64,000 nt of DNA, taken from positions 1,984,001 to 2,048,000 of the forward strand of contig OZ219790.1 in assembly GCA_964291215.2 (NCBI GenBank), read 5' to 3'. Below, piece after piece: positions 22,461 through 33,519 of the stretch. Position 1 is the stretch's first letter. Each line of letters opens with the position of its first letter. A program made the translations under genes and the position numbers. The notes under the pieces are model-generated. The model ran no database searches and was not told the origin of the DNA. It saw only the letters and a program-made list of their open reading frames with translations. This DNA is from Alphaproteobacteria bacterium (GTDB taxonomy: Bacteria > Pseudomonadota > Alphaproteobacteria > MPNO01 > UBA830).

Positions 22461-22619
22461 CCGGCCGGCATGGACCGGAGCGATGTCCGCGATCTCCGGA
22501 AGACATGCGCCGCTGCGGCCTGGACGGCAATATTTCGGGGCCGATTCGGAATCGGGGTGGCGAAGGCCCGACCGCAATGTTACACATGATGTCGGTGTGA
22601 TCATGGAAGGATACGCAAA

Positions 22620-22961
22620 ATGGCTACATCCCCGAGTCGCAAGGCCTCGCCGATCAAGGAGGCGATGACCAAGGTACAACTCATCGAATCGCTCTCGGAA
22701 TCCACCGGGCTCGAAAAGAAACAGGTGCGCTTGGTGCTGGATGAGCTTTCAGGCGTCATCGAGCGTCACGTCAAGAGACGCGCCGTCGGCACTTTCACGC
22801 TGCCGGGACTTCTGAAGATCAAGATTGTGCGGAAACCGGCCAGGAAGGCCCGCAAGATGACCAATCCCTTCAATGGGGAGGAAGTCACCGTGGCCGCCAA
22901 GCCGGCGTCGAGGGGCCTGAAGATCCAGGCGCTGAGCGGCCTCAAGCGGATGGCGGAGTAG
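22620..22961 (+). CDS. HU/IHF-family DNA-binding protein
   Basis: MTKVQLIE, FTLPGL, ARKMTNPFNGEEV.VAAK. Confidence 0.88.
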   Translation: MATSPSRKASPIKEAMTKVQLIESLSESTGLEKKQVRLVLDELSGVIERHVKRRAVGTFTLPGLLKIKIVRKPARKARKMTNPFNGEEVTVAAKPASRGLKIQALSGLKRMAE

Positions 22962-23130
22962 TACGGCAAACAACGCGGTTTTTCAGCCCTGGAGACGGGT
23001 TGCCACTGACGTCTGCTGCACGGCGTTTCCGGTCTTTCTGCCTGCTTCCTGCATCGGAGGTGGCGGGTGCCGGTAGTGCTGCCGACAGTCCGGCGCCGCG
23101 GGCTGAGGCCGCGTTCGGCCGACCGGGAGA

Positions 23131-23604
23131 ATGTCCATGTCCGGAGCAGTCGAAGCGAGACTTGTCGAAATGGGTTTCAAGCTCCCGGACGCGGCGTCGC
23201 CGAAGGTGGCCCGGATCCGCAACTGGAAGATTGCCGGCTCGCTCCTGTTCGTGTCGGGCCAGGTGCCGAGAATCGACAACGAGATCGCTTTCATCGGCAA
23301 GGTCGGGCGCGAATTCACCTTGGAAGAGGGGCAGGCGGCGGCGCGAACAAGCGCCCTGATGGTGCTCGCCTGCGCCAAGGACGCCCTTGGCGATCTCGAC
23401 CGCATCGAGGAAATCGTGCGCGTCAAGGGCTACGTCAACGTCGATCCCGAGTTCACGGCTGTGTCCGCCGTCGTCAACGGTGCATCCGATCTCTTCAATG
23501 ACCTGTTCGGCGAGCCCGGCCGCCACGCGCGGACCGCAATCGGGGCGGCGTCGATGCCGTTCGGCGTGGCAATCGAGGTCGAGGCGACCTTTCAGTTCAC
23601 CTGA
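23131..23604 (+). CDS. RidA/YjgF-family protein
   Basis: VSGQVP, GKVG, VNGASDLF..LFGE.GRHARTAIG, EVE. Confidence 0.88.
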   Translation: MSMSGAVEARLVEMGFKLPDAASPKVARIRNWKIAGSLLFVSGQVPRIDNEIAFIGKVGREFTLEEGQAAARTSALMVLACAKDALGDLDRIEEIVRVKGYVNVDPEFTAVSAVVNGASDLFNDLFGEPGRHARTAIGAASMPFGVAIEVEATFQFT

Positions 23605-23870
23605 AAGCCGAGGGGGGCGAAGCCAGTCTCGGGATAGAGACCCGCCTCGCGGAGCGCAGCAACCCGTAGACCAGATCGACCATCGGCGTCGAGATACCGG
23701 CAAGCCGTCCGAGTTCGACGATGGCGCCGGTGGTCCCGTCGACCTCCATGGGATGTCCCCGCTCGAGATCCTGAAGCAGCGATGTCTTGTGGCCTGCCAC
23801 CTGGAAGGTGGCGCCGATCCTGCTCTCGATGTTTTGCCTGCAGGTTACGCCGAACGCTTCGCCAGGGCTC
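23597..23870 (-). pseudogene. 2-dehydropantoate 2-reductase-family C-terminal fragment
   Basis: HKTSLLQDLERGHPMEVD...GAIVELGRLAG.STP; no N-terminal Rossmann domain upstream. Confidence 0.7.
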
Positions 23871-24120
23871 TTCTTTTGTCCGGTTTCGTCCGACGAGGGG
23901 GCGTTGTAGGCAGATCTGGAGGTCCTTTCGGGAGCGGATTTCGTTGTCGATATGCCGGTTCCGACCTTGAGACGGTGCCACCAACTTCAAGAACGGCCAC
24001 TCTGATACGGTTGTCCGCCGCCGATCGCGACAACAGAATGGTCCTGGCGTTCCAACCCCGACAGTTGAGAGTTCAGACAAATTAGTTCACTATGGCCTGT
24101 CCGAACTGGAAGACACCTTC

Positions 24121-24855
24121 ATGACATCGAAGAAATCCGGCGGTTTCCGGGAAACCGCAAAAACCCTCGTCTATGCCGTCCTGATCGCAGTGGCGATCAG
24201 GACGGTCGGCTTCGAACCCTTCAATATCCCGTCCGGTTCCATGATACCGACACTGCTCGTGGGCGATTACCTGTTCGTCTCGAAATATTCCTATGGCTAC
24301 AGCAAGTTCTCGCTGCCTTTTTCACTGCCCCTGATTCCGGGACGCATACTGGAGACCCTGCCCGAACGCGGCGATGTGGCGGTATTCAAGCTGCCCAGGG
24401 ACAACAGCACGGACTACATCAAGCGGATCGTCGGCCTGCCGGGCGACCGCATCCAGGTGCGACAGGGCCGCCTCTACATCAATGGCCAACTCGTCGAGCG
24501 CCGCCGGATCGGCAATCTTCCGCTGGGGCCGCTCGACGCGGGGGTGCCGCAATTTGTCGAGACGCTCCCCGGCGGCCGCCAGCACCTGATCGCCGAGCGC
24601 CAGGGCGACCGTGGCGGCCTCGACAACACGCGGACCTATACGGTGCCGGAACGCCACGTTTTCGCGATGGGCGACAATCGCGACGACTCGCTGGACAGCC
24701 GGGTGCTCAGCGAAGTCGGATTCGTTCCGGTCGAAAATCTGGTCGGGCGCGCCGAATTCCTGTTTTTTTCGCACAATTCGAGCGCATATATATGGGAGGT
24801 CTGGAAATGGCCGACGGCCATTCGCTGGTCGCGGCTGTTGCAGTCCGTCCAATGA
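24121..24855 (+). CDS. lepB: signal peptidase I
   Basis: IPSGSMIPTL.GD, YIKRIVGLPGD, MGDNRD.S.DSR. Confidence 0.96.
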   Translation: MTSKKSGGFRETAKTLVYAVLIAVAIRTVGFEPFNIPSGSMIPTLLVGDYLFVSKYSYGYSKFSLPFSLPLIPGRILETLPERGDVAVFKLPRDNSTDYIKRIVGLPGDRIQVRQGRLYINGQLVERRRIGNLPLGPLDAGVPQFVETLPGGRQHLIAERQGDRGGLDNTRTYTVPERHVFAMGDNRDDSLDSRVLSEVGFVPVENLVGRAEFLFFSHNSSAYIWEVWKWPTAIRWSRLLQSVQ

Positions 24856-24870
24856 AGGGAAGAGGCTGCG

Positions 24871-25548
24871 ATGCCGGCAACGCGCGATCCTGTCGATGCC
24901 CTGGAAGGCCTGCTGGGATACGAATTCCGGAAGCCGGAACTTCTTGAACAGGCACTGACCCACGGCAGCCTCAACCTGCCTGGCGGCACTGCCACCTACG
25001 AACGCCTCGAATTCGTCGGTGACCGGGTTCTTGCGCTGGCGGTCGCCGACCTCCTCGCCGAGAGCTTTCCCGAAGCGAACGAAGGCGAACTTGCCAGACG
25101 GCACTCGATCCTGGTCAGCGAAGACACCCTCGCCGGGGTCGGAGACGCCCTCTCGCTTTCCCGCTTCATCCGCGCCGAGGACAGCAGCAATGCCGCAGAG
25201 CGCCGGTCCGTCATCGCCGACTGCTGCGAGGCGGTCATCGGCGCTCTGTACCGCGACGGTGGGCTTGCTCCGGCGCGAACATTCGTCGCCCGCCACTGGG
25301 AGACCCATATCGACGCAGAGATTCCAAAGGTGCCGGCCACCGACCTCCAGGAATGGCTGCAGACGCGCGGACTGCCGCTGCCGGAATACCGGGTCGTGAA
25401 CCGCACCGGAACCGACCACGAACCCGAGTTCACGATCGAGGTCACGGCCGCCGGGCTGAAACCGGTGCGTGCGAAGGGGCCGTCCAAGCGGATCGCCAGA
25501 GCGCGCGCCGCCGAGAAGATGCTCGAGCAGATCGGCGGCGCGGAATGA
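24871..25548 (+). CDS. rnc: ribonuclease III
   Basis: ALTH.S, YERLEFVGDRVL, EAVIGALY, dsRBD. Confidence 0.95.
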   Translation: MPATRDPVDALEGLLGYEFRKPELLEQALTHGSLNLPGGTATYERLEFVGDRVLALAVADLLAESFPEANEGELARRHSILVSEDTLAGVGDALSLSRFIRAEDSSNAAERRSVIADCCEAVIGALYRDGGLAPARTFVARHWETHIDAEIPKVPATDLQEWLQTRGLPLPEYRVVNRTGTDHEPEFTIEVTAAGLKPVRAKGPSKRIARARAAEKMLEQIGGAE

Positions 25549-26462
25549 CCGTTGGGCCGGCGTCGGCGAATACAAACTGTGGCTTCGTCGCCCTGGTCGG
25601 AGCGCCCAACACCGGCAAATCGACCCTCGTCAACGCTCTTGTCGGAGCCAAGGTGTCGATCGTCACACACAAGGTGCAGACCACGCGCACACGAATCCTC
25701 GGCATCGCCATGTCGGGCGCCTCCCAGATCATCCTCATCGACACACCCGGCATATTCGATCCCCGCAGGCGCCTTGACCGGGCGATGATCGCCGCCGCGT
25801 GGCAGGGCGTCTCGGATGCCGACCTCGTCGCCGTCATGGTCGACGCCGAGGCCGGGCTTACCCGGGACACACGCCGCATCATCGACAGGCTCGGCGACCG
25901 AAGGCGGTCGGCAACCTGCATCCTCAACAAGATCGACCTGATCCGCAGGGACCGTCTTCTCGGGCTTGCGGACGAATTACGGAGCCGGGAGTTTCTCACC
26001 GATTTCTTCATGATCTCCGCCCTTTCCGGAGATGGCGTCGAAGACCTCAAGCACGCCCTCGCAGATTGGCTGCCGGCCGGACCATGGCTGTTTCCGGACA
26101 ACCAGATCTCCGACATGAACGAGCGGCTGTTCGCCGCCGAGACCACGCGCGAGAAGCTGTTCCTCGGCCTTCGCGAGGAGTTGCCCTACGCGCTGACCGT
26201 GGAGACCGAGAACTGGCAACGGTTCGACGACGGCAGCGTCAAGATCGAACAGGTCATTTATGTGGAGCGGGACAGCCAGAAGGGAATTGTCCTCGGCCGG
26301 GGCGGCGAGCGCATAAAGCGGATTCGCGCCAGCGCGCAGGAAGAGCTTTCGGACGCGCTGGGCTGCCGGACGCACCTGTTCCTGTTCGTCAAGGTGCGGG
26401 GCAACTGGAAGGACGATCCCGAACGCTACCGCACGTGGGGCCTCGACTTCCACTCGCGGTAG
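25545..26462 (+). CDS. era: GTPase Era
   Basis: GAPNTGKST, QTTR, DTPG, NKID, KH domain SQKGIVLG. Confidence 0.96.
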   Translation: MTVGPASANTNCGFVALVGAPNTGKSTLVNALVGAKVSIVTHKVQTTRTRILGIAMSGASQIILIDTPGIFDPRRRLDRAMIAAAWQGVSDADLVAVMVDAEAGLTRDTRRIIDRLGDRRRSATCILNKIDLIRRDRLLGLADELRSREFLTDFFMISALSGDGVEDLKHALADWLPAGPWLFPDNQISDMNERLFAAETTREKLFLGLREELPYALTVETENWQRFDDGSVKIEQVIYVERDSQKGIVLGRGGERIKRIRASAQEELSDALGCRTHLFLFVKVRGNWKDDPERYRTWGLDFHSR

Positions 26463-26534
26463 CGCGGCTCCGCCGGCCGCTTCCGCCGCCATGGGGGACG
26501 AATCGACGCGTCCGCGCCCGCTCCGGAGAACGGG

Positions 26535-26540
26535 TATAAT
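26535..26540 (+). promoter_or_regulatory. -10 box of a probable leaderless recO transcript
   Basis: TATAAT 5 nt upstream of the ATG at 26546, no adjacent Shine-Dalgarno. Confidence 0.5.
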
Positions 26541-26545
26541 GCGCC

Positions 26546-27280
26546 ATGGAGTGGAGTGACGAAGGTTTCGTGCTGTCGGCACGCAGACACGGCGAGAATG
26601 CGGCCATCGTTTCGCTGCTGACCCGTGACCACGGTCGCCATGCCGGCTTCGTGCATGGCGGCGCGGGGCGGCGGGCGCGGGGCGTCTATCAGGCCGGCAA
26701 TCTCGTCCATGCGCGCTGGCGGGCGCGACTCAACGAACATCTGGGCGCCTACCAATGCGAACTCGCGCAAGCCTATGCCGCGGCGTTTCTTTCCGAGAGG
26801 TTGCGGCTTCTGGCCCTGGCGGCGGCGGTTGCGACCCTCGACCGTCTTATACCCGAGCGCGAACCCCAGCCGCGGGTCTTCGAGGAGTTCCGCGGCCTCG
26901 TCGAGGGCCTCGTCGCAGACGGGGACTGGCATGCCGAACTCGTACGGTGGGAGCTGGCTCTCCTCGGCCACCTCGGCTACGGCCTCGACCTGTCGCAGTG
27001 CGCGGCAACCGGCACCACCGAAGGCCTCGTCTATGTCTCGCCCCGGAGCGGCAGCGCGGTGTCAGCGGAAGCCGGTCGACCGTGGCACGCGAAGCTGCTG
27101 CTGCTGCCGCCGTTCCTGCGCTCGTGCGGGCCGACCGGGATGTCCGATATCATCGACGGGCTGGCCCTGACCGGCCATTTCCTCGAGCGCTGCGCCAGGG
27201 AGACGCTGGGCGAAGGCCTGCCGCCAGCTCGCGCGCAGATGATCGACGCGCTGCGCCGGGACGCGGCCGTTTCCGCATGA
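26546..27280 (+). CDS. recO: DNA repair protein RecO
   Basis: MEWSDEG.VL..RRHGE, GYGLDL..CAATG, YVSPRSG. Confidence 0.95.
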   Translation: MEWSDEGFVLSARRHGENAAIVSLLTRDHGRHAGFVHGGAGRRARGVYQAGNLVHARWRARLNEHLGAYQCELAQAYAAAFLSERLRLLALAAAVATLDRLIPEREPQPRVFEEFRGLVEGLVADGDWHAELVRWELALLGHLGYGLDLSQCAATGTTEGLVYVSPRSGSAVSAEAGRPWHAKLLLLPPFLRSCGPTGMSDIIDGLALTGHFLERCARETLGEGLPPARAQMIDALRRDAAVSA

Positions 27281-27303
27281 CACCTGCCCGGAGATAGACC
27301 GCC

Positions 27304-29535
27304 ATGGCGGATTCGATTGTCGCCTCCCGCATCGAGGAAGTGCCTCTCGCCGACGCTCTCGGCGAGCGCTATCTGGCATACGCGCTGTCGACGATCACCT
27401 CGCGGTCGCTTCCCGATGTTCGCGACGGCCTGAAACCGGTCCAGCGCCGCCTTCTGTACGCGATGCGCGAACTCCGCCTCGATCCCGATTCCGGATTCAA
27501 GAAATGCGCCCGCGTCGTCGGCGACGTGATCGGCAAGTACCACCCCCATGGCGACACGGCCGTCTATGACGCGCTTGTGCGCCTCGCGCAGGATTTTTCG
27601 GTCCGGTATCCGCTGGTCGAGGGTCAGGGAAATTTCGGCAATATCGACGGCGACAATGCAGCCGCGATGCGCTACACCGAGGCGCGGTTGACCGGCTACG
27701 CGATCGCCATGCTCGAGGGCATCGACGAGGATGCTGTCGATTTCCGCGACAACTACGACGGCTCGGAGAGCGAACCGGCGCTCCTGCCCGCTTCGGTGCC
27801 CAACCTGCTCTGCAACGGGGCAGCCGGAATCGCCGTCGGCATGGCAACCAGCATTCCTCCTCACAATCTCGACGAGGTCTGCGCAGCGCTGCTGCATCTC
27901 ATCAGGCATCCACGGGCGACCATCGCCAAACTCGTCGACTTCGTTCCGGGGCCCGACCTTCCGGGCGGCGGACTCCTGGTCGAGGATCGCGAGTCGGTCA
28001 TCGAGTCCTACAGCACCGGCCGCGGCTCCTTCCGCGTCCGCGCTAGGTGGCACGTCGAGAAACTCAGCCGCGGACAGTACTGCATCGTCGTTACCGAGAT
28101 TCCCTACCAGATCCAGAAGGGACGGCTGGTCGAGAAGATTGCCGACCTTCTGAACGCGCGCAAACTGCCGCTGCTCGGAGACCTGCGCGACGAAAGCGCC
28201 GAGGCCACCCGGCTGGTGCTCGAGCCGCGCAACCGTACCGTCGATCCCGACATCCTCATGGAGCAGATGTTCCGGGCTACCGACCTCGAAAGCCGCGTGT
28301 CGCTGAACATGAACGTCCTTGACGCCGGCACGGTTCCCCGAGTGATGAATCTGCGCGATGTCCTCGACGCCTACCTCCGGCATCGCGACGATGTCCTCGT
28401 TCGACGGACGCGGTACCGGCTCGACAGGATCGCACACCGGCTCGAGGTGCTGGACGGCTACCTGATCGCCTATCTCAACCTCGACGAGGTGATCCGCATC
28501 ATCCGGGAAGAGGATGAGCCGAAACCGGTGATGGTGGCGAAATGGAGCCTCAGCGACATCCAGGCCGAGGCTATCCTCAACATGCGGCTCCGCGCCCTGC
28601 GGCGCCTCGAGGAAATGGCGATCCGGACCGAACACGGCAAACTCACCACCGAAATGAGCGCGCTTCGAGATCTGGTCGAGGACCCGAAAAAGCGCAAGGA
28701 AGTGGTCGCGGCCGAAATCCGCGACGCGCGATCCCGGTTCGGAAAGAAGACCCCGGACGGCGCGCGCCGCACCGAGATTTCCGGCGCGCCCGCGGAGGTC
28801 GACATACCCGAAGACGTGCTGGTTGAGCGCGAGCCGATCACCGTGATCTGCTCGCACAAGGGCTGGATCCGCACGGTCCGCGGTCATACGAGGGAGGGCG
28901 ACGACCTGAAATACCGGGAGGGCGACCGGCGCCGGTTCGTCGTCCCGTCACAGACCACCGACAGGCTGCTTGCCTTCGGGACCGACGGCCGCTTCTACAC
29001 GCTCGATGCCGGGCGGCTTCGCGGAGGGCGCGGATACGGCGAGGCGCTGCGGCTGATGATCGACCTGCCCGACGGCCAGGACATCGTCGCACTGTTCGTC
29101 CACCGGCCCGGCGAGAAACTCCTGGTCGCATCGCAGGACGGCCGTGGCTTCGTGGTGGCCGAGAACGACGTGGTCGCGCCGCGGCGAGCGGGCAAACAGG
29201 TGCTCAACGTCGGCGACGGCGTCGAGGCCGCAGCCTGTGCACCAGTGCGCGGCGACATGGTCGCCGTGGTCGGAGACAACCGCAAGCTCAATATCTTCCC
29301 GCTGTCTGACCTTCCCCAACAGACGCGCGGCCGCGGGGTCAAGCTCCAGAGCTACCGGGGGGGCGGGCTTTCGGACGTGACCACGTTCGTGCGCGACGAC
29401 GGCCTGTCCTGGAAGACGGGAGCCGGCGTGCGAACAGAGAAGGTACCGCCGGAATACCTGGGCAAGCGCGCCCAGGCGGGGCGCGCCGCGATGCGCGGCT
29501 TTCCCCGGAACAACCGTTTCGGAAACTACGAGTGA
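27304..29535 (+). CDS. parC: DNA topoisomerase IV subunit A
   Basis: [28 protein letters not shown]; ~740 aa, no GyrA box. Confidence 0.95.
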   Translation: MADSIVASRIEEVPLADALGERYLAYALSTITSRSLPDVRDGLKPVQRRLLYAMRELRLDPDSGFKKCARVVGDVIGKYHPHGDTAVYDALVRLAQDFSVRYPLVEGQGNFGNIDGDNAAAMRYTEARLTGYAIAMLEGIDEDAVDFRDNYDGSESEPALLPASVPNLLCNGAAGIAVGMATSIPPHNLDEVCAALLHLIRHPRATIAKLVDFVPGPDLPGGGLLVEDRESVIESYSTGRGSFRVRARWHVEKLSRGQYCIVVTEIPYQIQKGRLVEKIADLLNARKLPLLGDLRDESAEATRLVLEPRNRTVDPDILMEQMFRATDLESRVSLNMNVLDAGTVPRVMNLRDVLDAYLRHRDDVLVRRTRYRLDRIAHRLEVLDGYLIAYLNLDEVIRIIREEDEPKPVMVAKWSLSDIQAEAILNMRLRALRRLEEMAIRTEHGKLTTEMSALRDLVEDPKKRKEVVAAEIRDARSRFGKKTPDGARRTEISGAPAEVDIPEDVLVEREPITVICSHKGWIRTVRGHTREGDDLKYREGDRRRFVVPSQTTDRLLAFGTDGRFYTLDAGRLRGGRGYGEALRLMIDLPDGQDIVALFVHRPGEKLLVASQDGRGFVVAENDVVAPRRAGKQVLNVGDGVEAAACAPVRGDMVAVVGDNRKLNIFPLSDLPQQTRGRGVKLQSYRGGGLSDVTTFVRDDGLSWKTGAGVRTEKVPPEYLGKRAQAGRAAMRGFPRNNRFGNYE

Positions 29536-29647
29536 GCTGGGCCCGGCGCAGTACGCTCGGCAGCGGCGTCCTCCCCGAGCCTCGTATCTCACCAGTTGCG
29601 GTCGGTGCCGGGGCGCGGATCCGGATGACGTCAACTGCTGACAGGCG

Positions 29648-30661
29648 TCAACTCGCGACGAATTTCTCCGCGTGAATCCGCGACGAGTCGACGCCCCGGG
29701 CTGCCAGCGCCGCTTCCGCTGCCTCGATCATCGGCGGCGGACCGCAGAGATAGACCTCACAGTTGCCGCCATTCAGGATCTCGTCGCGCAGCAGCGACGT
29801 GATGTGACCTGAACTGCCGGTCCAGCCGCTCGAAGCCTCGACAACACACAGTTCGATCTCGAGATCGACACCCTTTTCCCGATAGTCGGACAGCTGGTCG
29901 AGGGCAAAGAGCTCTTCCGGCCTGTTGGCACCGTAGAGCAGGCGCACCGGCTCCCCTTCCGCCTCCGACGAACCAAGCGTGTCGAGCATGCTGAGCATTG
30001 GCGCAAGGCCAGTCCCACCTGCCACCATCACGGACGGGCGTTCCTGCGGGCGGAGATAGAACCGGCCGAACGGACCCGTCATCGTGATCTCGTCCCCGGG
30101 CGCGGCCCTTTTCGAAATGTAGTCGCTCATTGCCCCCTGTTCGAGAATCTTGATGTAGAAGGCGTGACGATTCGTCGCCACCTTGTTGGCGAACGAATAG
30201 GACCGCTGCACGTCCGTTCCCGGGACCGAAAGATGCACATACTGGCCGGACATGAACGAAACCGGGGCGCTCTCTGCGTCCTGCGCAATCACGAGGCGAG
30301 CCACTGCGGACGCGACCATGTCGACCTCGACGACCTTGCACGGAATGCTTGTCGGCGCCGTCTTGAGCGCGATGCGCGATGCGTAGGGGAACTCGATCAC
30401 GCAGTCGGACGTGACATGCATCCGGCAGGTGAGCACCTCGCGCCGTTCACGTTCGGCCGCCGACAGCGCCTCGTATTCGTCGAGATAGTAGTCCCCCGAC
30501 GTGCACACGCCCTTGCAGGTCGCGCACGCACCCTCAAGACAGTCGGTGAGGATCCGCACGCGGTTCTTGAGGGCGGCAAGATAGACGCTGTCGTTCTCAT
30601 TGGCTTCGAACCGCGCCACCCGCCCGTCCTCGAAGACCAGCGTCACCTCGTGCGCGCCCAT
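29648..30661 (-). CDS. ring-hydroxylating dioxygenase reductase (2Fe-2S/FAD/NAD; BenC/AntC-like)
   Basis: DC.EG.CATC, LTC, RSYS, GPFG, AGGTGLAP, YLCGPPPM, EKF. Confidence 0.9.
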   Translation of the reverse strand: MGAHEVTLVFEDGRVARFEANENDSVYLAALKNRVRILTDCLEGACATCKGVCTSGDYYLDEYEALSAAERERREVLTCRMHVTSDCVIEFPYASRIALKTAPTSIPCKVVEVDMVASAVARLVIAQDAESAPVSFMSGQYVHLSVPGTDVQRSYSFANKVATNRHAFYIKILEQGAMSDYISKRAAPGDEITMTGPFGRFYLRPQERPSVMVAGGTGLAPMLSMLDTLGSSEAEGEPVRLLYGANRPEELFALDQLSDYREKGVDLEIELCVVEASSGWTGSSGHITSLLRDEILNGGNCEVYLCGPPPMIEAAEAALAARGVDSSRIHAEKFVAS

Positions 30662-30664
30662 GGC

Positions 30665-31705
30665 CTACGCGCCCGGAACTAGAAGCGGTTTGACGGCTTC
30701 GCCACGGCGGATCAATTCGAAACCTTCCGCAGCCTCCGACAGCGGCAGCACATGGCTTCGAACGGGACCGAGATCGACGGCCCCCGCATGGATCAATTCG
30801 GTCGCCTGCTGCCAAGTCTCCCAGATGCGGCGGCCGTGGATGTTGATCATGCGCGGGCACTTGAGAAGCCACCATGTGAAATCCACCGGGATCGCTGCGG
30901 GCGGCGCCCCGACGAGGCGGAAGTCGCCGCCCTTGCACAGGCTCTCGAACACCACCCGGAAGCCGGCCTCGGAGCCGGAAAACTCGATTCCGACATCCAC
31001 GCCCTCGCCCGACGTCATATCGCGCACCGCGGCCACGACATCCGTCTCGTCCGCCTTCAGCGCCCGGTCGGCGCCCATCGCCTCGGCGGTCACCAGGCGC
31101 AGCGGATTCAGGTCGGCAGCGAACACGCGGGCGGCGCCGAGAGAGCGCGCGGCAGCGACGGCCATGAGTCCGATCGGTCCACAGCCATTGACGAGGACCG
31201 TCTGGCCGGCGACGCCTGAACCCTCCAGACAGGCATGAACGGCTATACCGAACGGCTCCAGCATGGCCGCAACCTCATGGGGCAGGTCCGGCGGATTCCG
31301 CCACGCTATGCGCGCCGGAACGGTCACGTGATCGGCAAAGACGCCGTCGATGTCGATTCCGGGGTAGGTGGTGGCATTGCACAGGTGCGCGCGCCCAAGG
31401 CGGCACGGCCGGCACACGCCGCAATAGATGTGACTCTCGAGACTGACATGGTCACCGATCTCGATGTCGTCGACCCCCTCGCCGACCTGGTCGACGACGC
31501 CGCTGGCCTCATGGCCGAGCACGCGCGGAAGCTTCATCCTGCGCGCCATCCGGGGCGCCCAGTCGTAGATCTGCATGTCCGTCCCGCAGATCCCGGCAGC
31601 GCCGAGACTCAGGCGGATCTCGCCCGCGCCTGCATCGCGCGGCTCCACGGAGCGGACGGCAACGCCGCCGAGACCCTCCTCAATCTTGCACAACGCAAGC
31701 ATCAC
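30665..31705 (-). CDS. zinc-dependent MDR dehydrogenase (threonine dehydrogenase-like)
   Basis: GICGTD, GHE, CGVCRPC...HLC, GCGPIG. Confidence 0.88.
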   Translation of the reverse strand: MMLALCKIEEGLGGVAVRSVEPRDAGAGEIRLSLGAAGICGTDMQIYDWAPRMARRMKLPRVLGHEASGVVDQVGEGVDDIEIGDHVSLESHIYCGVCRPCRLGRAHLCNATTYPGIDIDGVFADHVTVPARIAWRNPPDLPHEVAAMLEPFGIAVHACLEGSGVAGQTVLVNGCGPIGLMAVAAARSLGAARVFAADLNPLRLVTAEAMGADRALKADETDVVAAVRDMTSGEGVDVGIEFSGSEAGFRVVFESLCKGGDFRLVGAPPAAIPVDFTWWLLKCPRMINIHGRRIWETWQQATELIHAGAVDLGPVRSHVLPLSEAAEGFELIRRGEAVKPLLVPGA

Positions 31706-32190
31706 AGGTGATACACGTCGATCGGCCCCTCAAGTCGATCATCGATGAAGACGATCTTCTTTCGGCAGATCCTGAGGGCGCCGTTGACCCGCCTGAGCCT
31801 GAAGTCATAGAGGCTGCCACGGGTCAGACCTCCCTTCTTGCCGTAGGAATGCACGAGGCAGCTTGCCGTCGCCTCCACCTCGCCGTCATTCTCCTCGCCG
31901 ACGACGATGTTGCCGACCAGGTGGACGGTGCGGTCGAGCGGCACCGACGCGTAGGAATCACGAGATTCGATGCGGAACACCCGATCCTCAAGGCCCCCGC
32001 GATTGCGCAGATAGATCAGGTTCAGCTGCAGCTCGGGGTCGTCGGTCGTCTCTTCCTCGTTTACCCATGACGGCACCCAGTAGACGGCATCCTCGGTGTA
32101 GAGGTCGATCCAGTCGTCCCAAAGATGTCGGTCGAGAAGCGTTGCCTCGCGACAGATCAGATTGCTCGCCTCGGTCTGCAAATCGGTCAT
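31702..32190 (-). CDS. ring-hydroxylating dioxygenase beta subunit
   Basis: REA.LLD...WD.W..LY, YWVP, GLEDRVFRI, RT.H. Confidence 0.92.
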   Translation of the reverse strand: MTDLQTEASNLICREATLLDRHLWDDWIDLYTEDAVYWVPSWVNEEETTDDPELQLNLIYLRNRGGLEDRVFRIESRDSYASVPLDRTVHLVGNIVVGEENDGEVEATASCLVHSYGKKGGLTRGSLYDFRLRRVNGALRICRKKIVFIDDRLEGPIDVYHL

Positions 32191-33509
32191 TCCTGCGCGT
32201 CCCCGTTCAACATGCGCTGCCACTGGCGGTAAAAGCCGTGATAGATGATCTCGTGGTCCCAGTTGGCGGCCGAGGCCGCCGGCTCGAATCCGAGGCGCCG
32301 GGCGTCCTCGTCGGCACCCTCGGTTACCTCGTCCATGCCGCGATTAAAATCGTTCCACTTCGCGTCCGCGGCGCCCGCGCCCTCATGGGTGCTCTCGAGC
32401 GCCGCAATGTCGTCGGATGTCGCCATGCCCGACGTCAGGTAGAAGTCCTCGAACTTGCGCAGGCGGCCCGCGCGTGCACGGTCGCTTTCCCCTTTCGGCG
32501 CTATGCAATAGACGGTGACGTCGGCGCGGTCGGCGGCAAGCGGCTTTACGACCCTGATCTGGGTCGAAGGGTTGTCCATCAGCATGACATTGGGGAAGAG
32601 ATAGAGGTTGCGGCCGCGATTCAGGATCCAGTCGAGCTCGACCGGGCGAAGCTCCTGCTCGAGGCGTTCTTTCGCCTCCCAGATCGGCCTCACCTCCGGC
32701 GTCGTGTGCTGGGCCCAGATTGCCATGTGCCCGTGACCAAGATCGTATTGAGCCGACGGCACCAGGGCGCTGGCGAGGCGCCCCGATTCGGTCCTGCGGA
32801 TGCCGGTATATTCACCCTTGCTCTCGCGCGCGGCGATGGTATTCGCAAACACTCGATGGACGGTCGAGACATGGTAGCCGTCGACCGAGTTCTCGGCCTG
32901 GAGTTTCCAGTTGCCGTCGACAGCGTAGGTCGAACTGCCTGGGACGACTTCCAGCCCGTCCGGCGCCTGCACGGCAAGGAGGTCGATCCAGCTGCAGGCG
33001 GCGCCGAGCCAATCCCGAAGCGGCATGACATCCGCGTCGAGGCACCCGAAGACAAGGCCCCGGTAGCTGTCGAGCCGGGCGATCTCGCGCAGATCGTAGC
33101 GACCGCGGTCCGTCCCCTCCTCCTCGTTCTTGATTCCGATGCAAGCGCCGTCGCAGCGATAGGTCCAGCCGTGAAAGCGGCAGGTGAGGGTCTTCGCGTT
33201 GCCCTGCCGGAACGGGGTGAGCACCGCGGCGCGATGGGAACAGGCATTTATGAAGCACTTTAGCGAACTGTCTTTCTGGCGATGCACGAATACGGGCTGA
33301 CGCCCGATCTCGGTCCAGAAATAGTCGCCATGGGCGGCAACCTGACTGTCGTGGCAGAGGAATACCCAGCATCTGGCGAAGATGCTGTCCATCTCCCGCT
33401 CGAAAATCTCCGGGTCGGTGTAGACGGCACGGTCGACCCGAAAGACGCCCTCCGCGACACGGTCGTCCACCAACGGCGGGACACCCGGCGACATCACTCC
33501 CGAATCCAT
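32187..33509 (-). CDS. Rieske dioxygenase alpha subunit (BenA/AntA-like), copy 2
   Basis: CSH...CRFHGW Rieske motif; ENSVDGYHVSTVH; GMATSDD. Confidence 0.92.
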   Translation of the reverse strand: MDSGVMSPGVPPLVDDRVAEGVFRVDRAVYTDPEIFEREMDSIFARCWVFLCHDSQVAAHGDYFWTEIGRQPVFVHRQKDSSLKCFINACSHRAAVLTPFRQGNAKTLTCRFHGWTYRCDGACIGIKNEEEGTDRGRYDLREIARLDSYRGLVFGCLDADVMPLRDWLGAACSWIDLLAVQAPDGLEVVPGSSTYAVDGNWKLQAENSVDGYHVSTVHRVFANTIAARESKGEYTGIRRTESGRLASALVPSAQYDLGHGHMAIWAQHTTPEVRPIWEAKERLEQELRPVELDWILNRGRNLYLFPNVMLMDNPSTQIRVVKPLAADRADVTVYCIAPKGESDRARAGRLRKFEDFYLTSGMATSDDIAALESTHEGAGAADAKWNDFNRGMDEVTEGADEDARRLGFEPAASAANWDHEIIYHGFYRQWQRMLNGDAQE

Positions 33510-33519
33510 CGCGCCCTCC

